Assembly: GCA_050916045.1 (NCBI GenBank)
Contig: CP051526.1
Span: forward strand, 576,001-640,000
Source: Tepidisphaera sp.
GTDB taxonomy: Bacteria > Planctomycetota > Phycisphaerae > Phycisphaerales > UBA1924
Direction of reading: 5' to 3'
Length of the DNA stretch: 64,000 bases
This document shows positions 38,862 through 48,143 of the stretch, one piece after another. The notes below the pieces were generated by a model, which was given only the letters and a program-made list of their open reading frames with translations, ran no database searches and was not told the origin of the DNA. Every line of letters starts with the position of its first letter. Positions within the stretch are counted from its first letter, which is position 1. Position numbers and translations under genes: made by a program.

Positions 38862-40258
38862 CGGCCCCCGCTAAACGCCGCCGACACCGCGGCCTGAAGA
38901 GCTTGGATCGACCCGCGCTCGTGAAGCGGAAACGCCCACGTCCGATCGAGCGCGACCTTGGACTCCTTCGCTCGCGATTCAAGCGCAGAAACCTCGCGGG
39001 CCAGGCCCGCGAGCGCGCCCTGATGCTCGATCCGCACGCGAGACAAAAGCTCCTGAAGTGACGAGTACGCCCGGTACGAGTCCGCGCCGCGCTTCCGCAG
39101 GCCGCGGATCTCCTCGACAAGCTCTTCCTTCCGCCGCTGCGACCAACTGTCGCCGAGCGTCTGTGGCGTGTGCCTCGCGTGGTGAAGCGACCATCGCGCA
39201 CGAGCCAACGACTCCGGGCTTGGCGGCGGCGAATCCGAAAGCTTCGCCAGAAGCGTCCCCGTCGCCACCACCGCGGGCGCAAGCTTCCACGAAAGCCACG
39301 CCCCCAGCCACTCCTCCGCGATCACGTCGTACTTCCCGCCCCCCAGACCGTGAATGAAAAGCTCGCACCCCGCGTGCCGCATGAGGCCCGTCATCAGCAG
39401 CGCCCGCGGCGCAAGCTCACCCGTCGGTATCCCCGCGATCGTCGATGCCAAGACACGCCCGCGGGCCGCATCCGCACGCACCCGCCAGAGCGGCAGTTCT
39501 CCGCGAGCCGCGTTCAGCGGAGCCATCCCCGCGCCCGCGTGCCGCGCCACCGCCGCGTTGTACGCCGCGATGCACGCCGAGGGATCAGCCTTCATCCGCT
39601 CCACCACCTCGCCGAAAAGCTCAGTCCGGGCCATCCCCGTCGCCCGGGTCCACGTCACGCCCGCATCCATCGGCCCAAGAAGCTTCCGAGTCGTCCGGAT
39701 CACCTGCTCCGCCAGATCCGGAGCGTCGGCCGTATCCAGAAACGCATCGCGGATCGCCCCCAGCCCGCAAGCGACCGCGCCTGTCGCCGCCGGCTTGTCT
39801 CCCCAGCGAGGCTCAAGCTCTCGCGCGGAAAAAGCCGCTCGCGCCGCCACCGGCACATCCGTCTTTCGAGCATCCGAAGCCGAGATCCGCCACTCCGCCG
39901 CGACCAGCGTCTTGCCGCTCGACGGATATCGGATGATGCCCGGCTCGTTCGCGTCCTGATCGACCACCAGCCAAGCCGCCGCGGCTTTGCTCAATCGGGC
40001 CGCGTCCCCGAGCGCCAAAAGCTTGGTCAGAATCCCGGCGTGCCAGAGCTCCGCTTGATGCCCCGACATCACCACGCGCCCGGACGGCAAGCCCATCTGC
40101 TCGCGGAACCGCGGCGCCGACGCGGGCGCCTCAAAGCCCGAGACCAGCGCCGGCCACGAACCCGCTTGCGGCGACAGCATCACCTTCGGCGACCAGACGT
40201 CCGCCTCGTCCTGTCGAGCGGTGGGATCCCCCGCCTGCCCGGAACCGTGCTTCGTCAT
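38858..40258 (-). CDS. Hypothetical protein, distantly BshC-like
   Basis: VMSGHQAELWHAGILTK, WLVVDQD and FIHGLGGGKYD in the order of the BshC GHQ/W..EDHD/GG.GE..Y motifs, with a late coiled-coil; start ATG 40258. Confidence 0.5.
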   Translation of the reverse strand: MTKHGSGQAGDPTARQDEADVWSPKVMLSPQAGSWPALVSGFEAPASAPRFREQMGLPSGRVVMSGHQAELWHAGILTKLLALGDAARLSKAAAAWLVVDQDANEPGIIRYPSSGKTLVAAEWRISASDARKTDVPVAARAAFSARELEPRWGDKPAATGAVACGLGAIRDAFLDTADAPDLAEQVIRTTRKLLGPMDAGVTWTRATGMARTELFGEVVERMKADPSACIAAYNAAVARHAGAGMAPLNAARGELPLWRVRADAARGRVLASTIAGIPTGELAPRALLMTGLMRHAGCELFIHGLGGGKYDVIAEEWLGAWLSWKLAPAVVATGTLLAKLSDSPPPSPESLARARWSLHHARHTPQTLGDSWSQRRKEELVEEIRGLRKRGADSYRAYSSLQELLSRVRIEHQGALAGLAREVSALESRAKESKVALDRTWAFPLHERGSIQALQAAVSAAFSGGR

Positions 40259-40266
40259 CGCGTGCG

Positions 40267-41013
40267 TCACAGGCAACAGTAGTTCGTCTCGCCACACCCC
40301 GAACGCGCCGCCACGCCCATGCGCTCGATCTCGGCTTCCATGACCGACCGGTAGTGCGCCAAGCGGCGCTCCGCGTCGTCCAGGTTGCCCCCGAACGTCC
40401 GCGTCGTGTCGTTGTAGATCCGCTTGACGGGTACCTCGCGGATTCCAAGGCCTAGCGCCGCCGCTTGCACCCAGAACTGCATCGGGAACGCGTACCCAGT
40501 CTCAGTCAGCGACATCCGATCCACGGCCGAGACGCGGTGGGCTTTGAACCCGCAGAAACTGTCCGTCAGCGACAGCCCGAACCTCCGGTTGATGTCGCGC
40601 GTCACGGTCTGGTTGATTCGCCTGCGGTCCGCCGGCGGCAGGTCATCCATCGGCGTGGGCACCAGGTACCTCGAACCGCTGATGATGTCCACGCCCGGCC
40701 CGGCCCGAAGGATCTCCGACACGAACATCGGGATCGCCGCAGGCTCATGCTGCTCATCGCAGTCCATCGTGAGCACCCAGTCGTAACCCTCGCGTGCCGC
40801 GAACGAGAAAGCGTCGATCAGCGAGCGGCCGTACCCCGCGTTCTTCGCGTGGCGAATCACCCGAACCGGAAACTCGCGCACGATGTCCGGCGTCGCGTCC
40901 GTCGAACCGTCATCAATCACCACCACGTCCGACGCGTACCGAAGCACGCTCGTGAGCACCGCGCGAGCGTACTTGGCTTCGTTGAACACCGGGATCGCCA
41001 CCAAGACCCGCAT
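40267..41013 (-). CDS. Glycosyltransferase family 2 (DPM1-like)
   Basis: MRVLVAIPVFNE, IDDGSTD, NAGYG, TMDCDEQHEP, SGSRY, TDSFCGFKA. Confidence 0.93.
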   Translation of the reverse strand: MRVLVAIPVFNEAKYARAVLTSVLRYASDVVVIDDGSTDATPDIVREFPVRVIRHAKNAGYGRSLIDAFSFAAREGYDWVLTMDCDEQHEPAAIPMFVSEILRAGPGVDIISGSRYLVPTPMDDLPPADRRRINQTVTRDINRRFGLSLTDSFCGFKAHRVSAVDRMSLTETGYAFPMQFWVQAAALGLGIREVPVKRIYNDTTRTFGGNLDDAERRLAHYRSVMEAEIERMGVAARSGCGETNYCCL

Positions 41014-41237
41014 GAGCGCCTCGTTCCTTCCGCGAACCGGCCCGTTCGGCCAGCCCGGTCTCGCTTCCACCACAGAAGCCCACCTACCGAGTATATCGAC
41101 CAACATCGATACGTTCTACCCCACGCTTCAGTTCGTGCAAAGACGCCGTTTGGATGCCGAATACCTGTTCAGGTCTCATCCGCCGCAGCATCCGCCCAGC
41201 CCAACGCACCCCCGCCGCCAAGCGTCAATGATCGTTC

Positions 41238-42050
41238 GTGCCGACCGTCATCGAGATTTCGGACCCCGAGGATCCCAGACTCGCCCCGTACCGCGACCTG
41301 AAAGACGCGCCCGGTCGTCCCGCCGCCGAGGGCCGGTTCATCGTCGAAGGCGAGATCGTCCTCCGCCAACTCGTCGCATCCCCGCTCGCGGTCGAATCGG
41401 TGCTCGCGACGCCGGGCAAGCTGGAATCACTCGGCGATCTGCTCGAGTCGCTCCCCGATGAGGCGGTCGTGTATCGCGCGACCAAGCCCGTCATCGACTC
41501 GATCGTCGGGTTCGCTTTCCATCGTGGAACCATCGCCGTCGGTCGGCGCGGAACGCCGCGGGATCTCGCATCGCTCGCCGATCAGGCTTCCACGCTCATC
41601 GTCCTTGAGGAAGTCTCCAACGTCGACAATCTCGGAGCGATCTTCCGAAGCGTCTCCGCGATCGCGCCCGCGGGCGCCGGCGTCGTGCTCAGCCCCGGGT
41701 GCGCCGACCCGCTGTACCGCAAAGCTCTGCGGGCTTCGATGGGCCACGTGCTCAACATTCCCTTTACGAGTATTTCGGGCGACGCTTGGCCGAACGCGAT
41801 CTTCTCGCTCGCGGACCGCGGATACCACCTCGTCGCCCTCACGCCCGCCGAGGGCTCGATCGACGTCGCCGCGTACTCACCCCCGCCGGACCGCAAGCTC
41901 GCCCTCCTGATCGGCGCCGAGGGGCCGGGACTCACCGCACGGGTTCTGGAGGGGTCGGGTTCGCGGGTCCGGATCGCGATGAGGCCCGGGGTGGACTCGC
42001 TGAATCTCGTCGTCGCGACCTCGATTGCGCTCCACCGGCTCTTTGGCTGA
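41238..42050 (+). CDS. SPOUT/TrmH-family RNA methyltransferase
   Basis: FIVEG, NVDNLGAIFRS, ADPLYRKALRASMG, IGAEGPGL, IAM..VDSLN. Confidence 0.92.
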   Translation: MPTVIEISDPEDPRLAPYRDLKDAPGRPAAEGRFIVEGEIVLRQLVASPLAVESVLATPGKLESLGDLLESLPDEAVVYRATKPVIDSIVGFAFHRGTIAVGRRGTPRDLASLADQASTLIVLEEVSNVDNLGAIFRSVSAIAPAGAGVVLSPGCADPLYRKALRASMGHVLNIPFTSISGDAWPNAIFSLADRGYHLVALTPAEGSIDVAAYSPPPDRKLALLIGAEGPGLTARVLEGSGSRVRIAMRPGVDSLNLVVATSIALHRLFG

Positions 42051-42080
42051 AGCCCGGAACGCCCACTACCCTTTGGTCCG

Positions 42081-43772
42081 ATGGACCATGTCTTCGACGA
42101 CCGCCGCTACCTGATCCCCTTCCGCTCCACGCTGCTCCCGCAGATCTTCACGGACACCCTCGTCATCGGCGGGGGAGTCGCCGGGTGCCGAGCGGCGATC
42201 GCCGCCGCTTCCCACGGCGACTGCATCCTGCTCGCCAAAGCCGACCTCAAGAACACCAACACCGCCTGGGCCCAAGGCGGCGTCGCCGGCGTTCTCGAAG
42301 CCACCAAGGGCGACGACACCGTCGCCGCCCACGTCCAAGACACCCTCGTCGCCGGAGCCGGCCTCTGCGACCGCGACGCGGTCGAACTCATCTGCGCCGG
42401 AGCGGGCAAACGCCTCCGCGAGCTCATCGACTGGGGCACGCAGTTCGACAAGGACGCGACCGGCTCGCTCGCGATGGGCCTCGAAGGCGGACACTCCGCC
42501 CACCGAATCCTCCACGCGCACGGCGACGCCACCGGCCGCGAAATCCAGCGCGCCGTTCTCGCCAAAGCCAAAGCCACCGACAACCTCCGCGTCTTCGAGC
42601 ACTGCTTCGCGCTCGACCTCATCACGCCAAGCCGCGAGCCCGGTGCGCCCGTCATGGGCGCCATCACCCACCACCCCAAGTACGGCTTGCAGGTCATCTG
42701 GGCCAAAGCCACCATCCTCGCCTCCGGCGGCGCGGGCGTTGTCTATCGCGAAACCACCAATCCGCCCCAAGCCACCGCCGACGGCCTCGCGCTCGCCTAC
42801 CGCGCCGGAGCCACACTCGCCGACATGGCTTTCGTCCAGTTCCATCCCACCTGCCTCTACCTGCCCGGCGCCAGCCGCGCGCTCATCTCCGAAGCCGTCC
42901 GCGGCGAGGGAGCTTTCCTCGTCGACGCCGCCGGCATGCGTTTCATGAAGGACGCCCACCCCATGGGCGACCTCGCGCCGCGCGACATCGTCGCTTCCGC
43001 CATCGTCCGACAGATCGCCAAGCAGGGCGGAGCCCCCGTCCACCTCGACTGCCGGCACATCCCGAATTTCGCCGCTCGCTTCCCCGGCATCGCCGCGACA
43101 CTCAAGCGGTTCGACCTGGACCCCTCCAAGCAACTCATCCCCGTTCACCCCGCGGCCCACTACATGGTCGGCGGCGTGCGCACGGATCTCGCCGCTCGAA
43201 CGGACTCGCCGGGCCTGTACGCGGTGGGGGAGACGGCCGCCTGCGGCTTGCACGGCGCCAACCGCCTCGCTAGCAACTCGCTGCTCGAAGGTCTGGTCAT
43301 GGGCGAGATCGCCGGCCGCGTCTGCGCCGAGATGAAGGGCCACGCCGTCGACGCGCCCGCCGCCCGGCCGGGCTGGGCTGTGGGGATCCAGGCTCCCGTC
43401 CCGATCGTGTCGGACATCCGCCCCTCGGATCAGGGCGAGCTCGACCTCGCGGACGTGCGATCGAGCTTGCGGTCGGCGATGTGGAAGAACGTCGGCCTTG
43501 AGCGCACGGCCCCGCGGCTCCGCGATGTCGCGATCATGCTGGATTTCTGGGCCCGCTACACCCTCGACAAGATCTTCGACGATCCCGACGGCTGGGAGGT
43601 GCAGAACATGCTCCTGGTCGGCTCGGTCATGGCCCGTTCGGCTCTGTGGCGCGATGAGTCCCGCGGGTGTCATCTGCGGCTGGATCAGCCCGGCCAGCGA
43701 GCGGAGTTCGCCGTGCACGACGGCTGGCGCAAGGGCCGCCAAGAACCGACCCTCACCCCGGTGCGAACCTGA
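42081..43772 (+). CDS. nadB: L-aspartate oxidase
   Basis: IGGGVAG, AQGGVA, LEGGHSAHRILHA.GDATG, QFHPT, LISEAVRGEG, AHYMVGGV, GLHGANRLASNSLLE, ESRGCH. Confidence 0.95.
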   Translation: MDHVFDDRRYLIPFRSTLLPQIFTDTLVIGGGVAGCRAAIAAASHGDCILLAKADLKNTNTAWAQGGVAGVLEATKGDDTVAAHVQDTLVAGAGLCDRDAVELICAGAGKRLRELIDWGTQFDKDATGSLAMGLEGGHSAHRILHAHGDATGREIQRAVLAKAKATDNLRVFEHCFALDLITPSREPGAPVMGAITHHPKYGLQVIWAKATILASGGAGVVYRETTNPPQATADGLALAYRAGATLADMAFVQFHPTCLYLPGASRALISEAVRGEGAFLVDAAGMRFMKDAHPMGDLAPRDIVASAIVRQIAKQGGAPVHLDCRHIPNFAARFPGIAATLKRFDLDPSKQLIPVHPAAHYMVGGVRTDLAARTDSPGLYAVGETAACGLHGANRLASNSLLEGLVMGEIAGRVCAEMKGHAVDAPAARPGWAVGIQAPVPIVSDIRPSDQGELDLADVRSSLRSAMWKNVGLERTAPRLRDVAIMLDFWARYTLDKIFDDPDGWEVQNMLLVGSVMARSALWRDESRGCHLRLDQPGQRAEFAVHDGWRKGRQEPTLTPVRT

Positions 43773-43776
43773 TTCC

Positions 43777-44349
43777 ATGCCACGCTGCCTGTCCATCCTG
43801 TGCCTCTCCGCCTGGATAGCCCTTTCCGGGTGCGTCGAGGAGCGGATCGTCCGCAACGACGGGCCGCTGATGGGGTTGCCCGACGCCGTGACGCAGGAAA
43901 AGCGAGTCGTCGAGGATCCGGGCATCCTGCTCCCTGCGGTGACCGACGACTCGACCATCGTCGAGAATCCCGACGGCACGAAGACAGCCCGGTCGACCAA
44001 CGTGCGCCAGCTCATCGCGAACATCGACAAATGCCTCGACGAGGACTGGGAGTCGGTCTTCGTCACCGACCTCCTCTCGACGCGGGCCAAGACCGACATG
44101 GCCGCGCAGGGGATGTCCCCTTCCGCCGGGTTTGCCCTGCTGAAATCCCACAAAGCCGACGTGATCAAGCTCTTCAACCTCATGCCGATGGGCGAGTTCA
44201 CTCCCGGGTTTTTCCTGCGGCCCGTCGGCAACCGCACGTTCCGGCTGCTCGTGCCCGGCCGCGGCGCGGATGATCTCGCCTTCCGCGGGATCGACGCGGT
44301 CTACGAACGCGGCAACTACCGCTTGTACTGGCTGGTCCCCCAGGAATAA
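43777..44349 (+). CDS. Hypothetical lipoprotein
   Basis: ATG 5 nt after the nadB stop; MPRCLSILCLSAWIALSGC lipobox. Confidence 0.7.
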   Translation: MPRCLSILCLSAWIALSGCVEERIVRNDGPLMGLPDAVTQEKRVVEDPGILLPAVTDDSTIVENPDGTKTARSTNVRQLIANIDKCLDEDWESVFVTDLLSTRAKTDMAAQGMSPSAGFALLKSHKADVIKLFNLMPMGEFTPGFFLRPVGNRTFRLLVPGRGADDLAFRGIDAVYERGNYRLYWLVPQE

Positions 44350-44397
44350 GCCCACGCATCCCGTGCGTCGCGCAACCGTGCGCGGTACCATCCGCTC

Positions 44398-45306
44398 ATG
44401 CCCAAAGGCTTCGTGAAGGTCGTCGACACCCTCGCCGCGTTCGCGGTGCTCGGCCCGCTCACCGCGTGGCTCCTGACGACCCTGCGCGCGCCCGACGGCG
44501 ACCCCGCGACCACCCCTCTGACCTCCTCCGCACCCCTGATGGGAGCGGCGCTGCTCGTCGCCGCATTCCTGCTCACCGGCTTTGTCGGGGTGGTTTCCGG
44601 ACGCATGGTCACCCGCGGCCGAGGTCTGTGCATGGTCGGTTTCGGGCTCATGTGGACCACTTCGGTGACCGCCAACGCCCGCCAGCTCTTGGGCGATGCC
44701 GACGCCGCTTCCGCCCTGAACGGGCTGATTCTCGAAGCCGTCCTCCTCATCCCGCTCATCGCGCTCACGGGCCTGATCATCGAAGCCGTCTCCCCCGTTT
44801 CCGCCGAGGAACAGGGCCTCCACCACGGACCCTCGCTGCCTGCTCCCGGCCTTGCGGGCATCCGTGAGGGCTTCGTCCCCGGGCAATTCATCGCCTCCCT
44901 CGCCGCGGCCGTAGTCGCCGCCGGGGTCGTGGGGTGGATCGTCGCGATCAATACCACCAAAGGGCAAGCCATTTTCGCCGCATTTCTCGGCGGCATCGCG
45001 GCCGGCTTTGCCGCCAACGCTGCCGCCCGAAGCCAGCACAAAACTCCCAGCCTGCTCCCCTCTGTTCTGGCTCTCCCGGTGGTCGCGCTGCTCAGCGTGC
45101 TCTACCTCAAGTTCACGGCTTCCCAGACGATCATCCCCCAGACCAGGGCGGTGGCTTCCGAATCCATCAACCAGCTCTTCGCCCTTGGACGGATCCTACC
45201 GCTCGACTGGGCGGCGGGTGGCCTGTTCGGGGTGCCCATCGGCGCGTCCTGGGCCGCTTCGATGGTCGAAAAGCCGAAGGACTCCGGCGAGCTTTCGCCC
45301 GCTTGA
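44398..45306 (+). CDS. Hypothetical polytopic membrane protein
   Basis: Several long hydrophobic segments; co-oriented within the nadB cluster. Confidence 0.72.
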   Translation: MPKGFVKVVDTLAAFAVLGPLTAWLLTTLRAPDGDPATTPLTSSAPLMGAALLVAAFLLTGFVGVVSGRMVTRGRGLCMVGFGLMWTTSVTANARQLLGDADAASALNGLILEAVLLIPLIALTGLIIEAVSPVSAEEQGLHHGPSLPAPGLAGIREGFVPGQFIASLAAAVVAAGVVGWIVAINTTKGQAIFAAFLGGIAAGFAANAAARSQHKTPSLLPSVLALPVVALLSVLYLKFTASQTIIPQTRAVASESINQLFALGRILPLDWAAGGLFGVPIGASWAASMVEKPKDSGELSPA

Positions 45307-45353
45307 GCATTGGAGCCGGGCTTCGCGTTCGTTAAACTAGCTCTGAGGTACCT

Positions 45354-45935
45354 ATGGCGACCGCTGAATCAACCTCCGCTCCGGCCTGTACGCACACCCC
45401 CAAGCCCGGGTGTGATGCGGCGACCGCCACGGCCAAGTTCCCCAAACTCGCGCCCCTGATCGCCTACCTCAGTTCCCTGCAGGGCCGAGCGGATCTTTCC
45501 GTGCTTTCCAACCTCCTGGCCGGCCTGAATCTGACCCTGGACGACCTCAAGCCCGCCCTCTGCTTTGGAAGCTGCTCGTACAAGCGCAACACCATCGCGG
45601 AATCCCCGCATTTTGAGCTTCTGGCGCTCTGCTGGCGTTCAGGGCACTGCACGCCGATCCACAACCACGTGGGCTCCTCGTGCGCGTTCCGAGTGGTGCA
45701 CGGCGCACCCACGGAAATCCGGTTCAAAATGACGCCAAGCGGCCTCGCGTGCCCGATCCAGACCACGCAGATGGAAGCCGGGTTTGTCTGCTCCGCCGAG
45801 GACGACGACATCCACCAGGTCGCCAACCTCGAGCCGCCGGGAACCGACGCGGTCACGCTGCACATCTACTCGCCGCCCCCGGCCCAGTGGAAGACCTTTA
45901 ACGGTCCCGTTTCCGACGGCCCGGACCGCACCTGA
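45354..45935 (+). CDS. Cysteine dioxygenase type I family protein
   Basis: YKRN, LCW..G..TPIHNH..SSC, IHQV, AVTLHIYSPP (3-His cupin). Confidence 0.9.
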   Translation: MATAESTSAPACTHTPKPGCDAATATAKFPKLAPLIAYLSSLQGRADLSVLSNLLAGLNLTLDDLKPALCFGSCSYKRNTIAESPHFELLALCWRSGHCTPIHNHVGSSCAFRVVHGAPTEIRFKMTPSGLACPIQTTQMEAGFVCSAEDDDIHQVANLEPPGTDAVTLHIYSPPPAQWKTFNGPVSDGPDRT

Positions 45936-46353
45936 GGCGGCCACTTTCCCCCCTGCGAAGCCCTGAAACAGCCTGGACGGGTCCCGTGGCGTAAACCCCG
46001 CGAGATTCCCCGGTTATCGCGTGGGTCCCTAACGGGAGTGGGGACCCGATTGCGCGGATTTTGCGCCTTTGTGCGGATTGTGACGGTCCGAGGGTCTGAA
46101 CGGGGAAATTCGGTTATAGGTCGTGAAGATGGGAAAAAAGGGGCCCAAGGACGGTCGAAAAGCCGTTCGAAACCCTTCCATGCCCCGAGTATCGGCGACC
46201 GTCACAGACGGAAAAACCGAAATTCTCAGCATCTTTTGTCCTTTTGGTTGGCATTTTCCAGATCCTGAGGCATGTTGTGAGAGGTCAGGAACGAGTCGTT
46301 CGTTTCGTGTCACAAGGTTTCGGGTCATCCAACAGAAGTGTGAGGAGATCGTT

Positions 46354-47040
46354 ATGAAGAATGTGATCATGGGTCTTGTCGGTGTGGCTGGTATCGCGGC
46401 TGGCGCCAACGCGCAGGTTTCGCTGAACCTCGAAGTCAAGTTCTCCACCGACGGCGGCACCACGTGGGCCTCGACGGTCGACGCGAACGCTGGCTCGGTC
46501 GTCCAGGGCGCGATCTTCATGTCCGCCACCGGCGGCGATGTGTGGGGCCTCGGTGGCGCCACCCTCCGCATGAACGGCACGGGCCTCATCGCCGGTGAAT
46601 CGGCCGCCTTCGGCGCCGGCACCGACACGGGTCGCGTCGGTCCCTTCAACTTCGGTGCGGCCACGAACGCGATCTTCGCTTCCGCCGGTGCGTTCCGCAT
46701 CGACGCCGCCTCCGACGCCGCCAACAGCAGCACGGGCGCTGGTATGACCTTCTTCCAGCGTGACCCCTCGTCCGGTGGCCAGGGCTTCAGCCGCGCCAAC
46801 CCGGCCCTCGTCTTCCGCTTCGACATCCAGACGGCTGTCGGCGCCGACCACGCGATCACGATCGCCCTCGATCAGCTGAGCCGCGGCGTCGCGACCTACT
46901 ACAGCTCCTCCGGCGCGACCCGCCCGACGAGCGTCGCTGCCAACCTCGCCGGTGGCACGATCAACGTCGTCCCGACCCCCGCCACGCTGGCCCTCGTCGG
47001 CCTCGGTGGTCTGGTGGCCGGCCGCCGCCGCGGTCGCTAA
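46354..47040 (+). CDS. PEP-CTERM-type (VPTP) surface protein
   Basis: GAGGAG RBS; signal peptide; C-terminal VPTPATLALVGLGGLVAGRRRGR. Confidence 0.9.
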   Translation: MKNVIMGLVGVAGIAAGANAQVSLNLEVKFSTDGGTTWASTVDANAGSVVQGAIFMSATGGDVWGLGGATLRMNGTGLIAGESAAFGAGTDTGRVGPFNFGAATNAIFASAGAFRIDAASDAANSSTGAGMTFFQRDPSSGGQGFSRANPALVFRFDIQTAVGADHAITIALDQLSRGVATYYSSSGATRPTSVAANLAGGTINVVPTPATLALVGLGGLVAGRRRGR

Positions 47041-47132
47041 ATCTCTCTGACCCGCAAGGGATCAGAAGATTGGCGGACCAAAGTCAAAAACCCGATCGGC
47101 CCCACGGCTGATCTGGATGACTGCCAAGAAAC

Positions 47133-47174
47133 CAACCTCCCGTCGGCCTCACGCCGGCGGGAGGTTGTGTTTTT
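47133..47174 (+). terminator. Intrinsic terminator
   Basis: CAACCTCCCGTCGGC/GCCGGCGGGAGGTTG stem (one G-U pair) followed by TGTTTTT. Confidence 0.85.
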
Positions 47175-47327
47175 CAGAGAACGGGCTCGGTGCGGGTTAC
47201 CGGCGTTTGCGGCCGCTGGCGACCGGTCCATGCGAACCACCGGGTGGCCCCGGGGTGCTCTGCCTCACGCCGGTTCTTTCAGGCAGAGAGCACACTGGTT
47301 ATCCTCCAGAAGCCGAAAGGAAGCAGC

Positions 47328-48011
47328 ATGCGTCTTTGCTCTCTCGCGTTCGTCTCAGCGTTCTCGTTGGCGTCGATCGCCACCGCAGAGATCCGTCTCG
47401 AGGTCAGATTCACCAGTGACGGCGGAGCAACCTGGGTAAGCGATGTCGACGGCTTTCGCTTTCGTACGCAAGGCGCGATCTTTATGTCGGGCTTCGGGCT
47501 CGACGCATGGGGATTGGGAGGAGCGACGCTTCGTCTGCGCGCGACGGGGCTCGCAGCGACAGATTCGATTGTGTTCGCCGAAGGCACCAGCACCGGTCGT
47601 GTCGGACCGTTCAATTTCGGAGCGGCGACCAACGCGATCTATCAGGACGGTTCGGGAAGCTGGCGCATCGACGCCGCTTCCGACGCCTCGAACACCAATG
47701 ACTCCGCGGGTTTGACGTTCTTCCAGCGCGACCCCTCTTCGGCGGGCAGCGTGTTCAGTCGCGACAATCCCGTGATGGTCTTTCGGTTCGACGTCCTCGC
47801 ATCCGATTCCTTTGCGAGGTCGCTTCGCTTCGAACTGGATCAGCTTTCGAGAGGCGTCGCGACGTATTACTCATCCTCGTCGGCGACGCGACCGACGCAA
47901 ACGAGCGACGTCTTGCTCGCGGGTGGGGGGATCCACTTCGGTGTTCCGAGTCCCGGCTCATTCGCGGCGCTCCTGCCGGGTTTGGTGATCATGTTCTCGC
48001 GTCGTCGCTGA
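47328..48011 (+). CDS. PEP-CTERM-type (VPSP) surface protein, paralog of 46354-47040
   Basis: AAGGAAG RBS; signal peptide; shares TGRVGPFNFGAATNAI, RIDAASDA, TFFQRDPSS, LDQLSRGVATYYSSS; ends VPSPGSFAALLPGLVIMFSRRR. Confidence 0.85.
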   Translation: MRLCSLAFVSAFSLASIATAEIRLEVRFTSDGGATWVSDVDGFRFRTQGAIFMSGFGLDAWGLGGATLRLRATGLAATDSIVFAEGTSTGRVGPFNFGAATNAIYQDGSGSWRIDAASDASNTNDSAGLTFFQRDPSSAGSVFSRDNPVMVFRFDVLASDSFARSLRFELDQLSRGVATYYSSSSATRPTQTSDVLLAGGGIHFGVPSPGSFAALLPGLVIMFSRRR

Positions 48012-48143
48012 CCGCAGCTCATTCCGCGAGGGGCCCGCGAGCAACTTCCTTCGGGCCTGCAAGTGTCGAAACCGTGTTGCCCGTGGCGATCGCGAAGCCC
48101 GAGCATCGCGTCGCGGAGATCCACGAGCGGCAGCGAAAAGTGC

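Noticed and set aside
41014..41237. Cobalamin riboswitch ahead of the operon containing the BtuF-like gene
   Set aside because: No B12-box or other conserved riboswitch motifs were recognisable by eye.
45987..46002. Sigma54-like GG-N10-GC upstream of the PEP-CTERM gene
   Set aside because: Poor match to TGGCAC-N5-TTGC, about 350 bp from the start, and expected by chance at this GC content.
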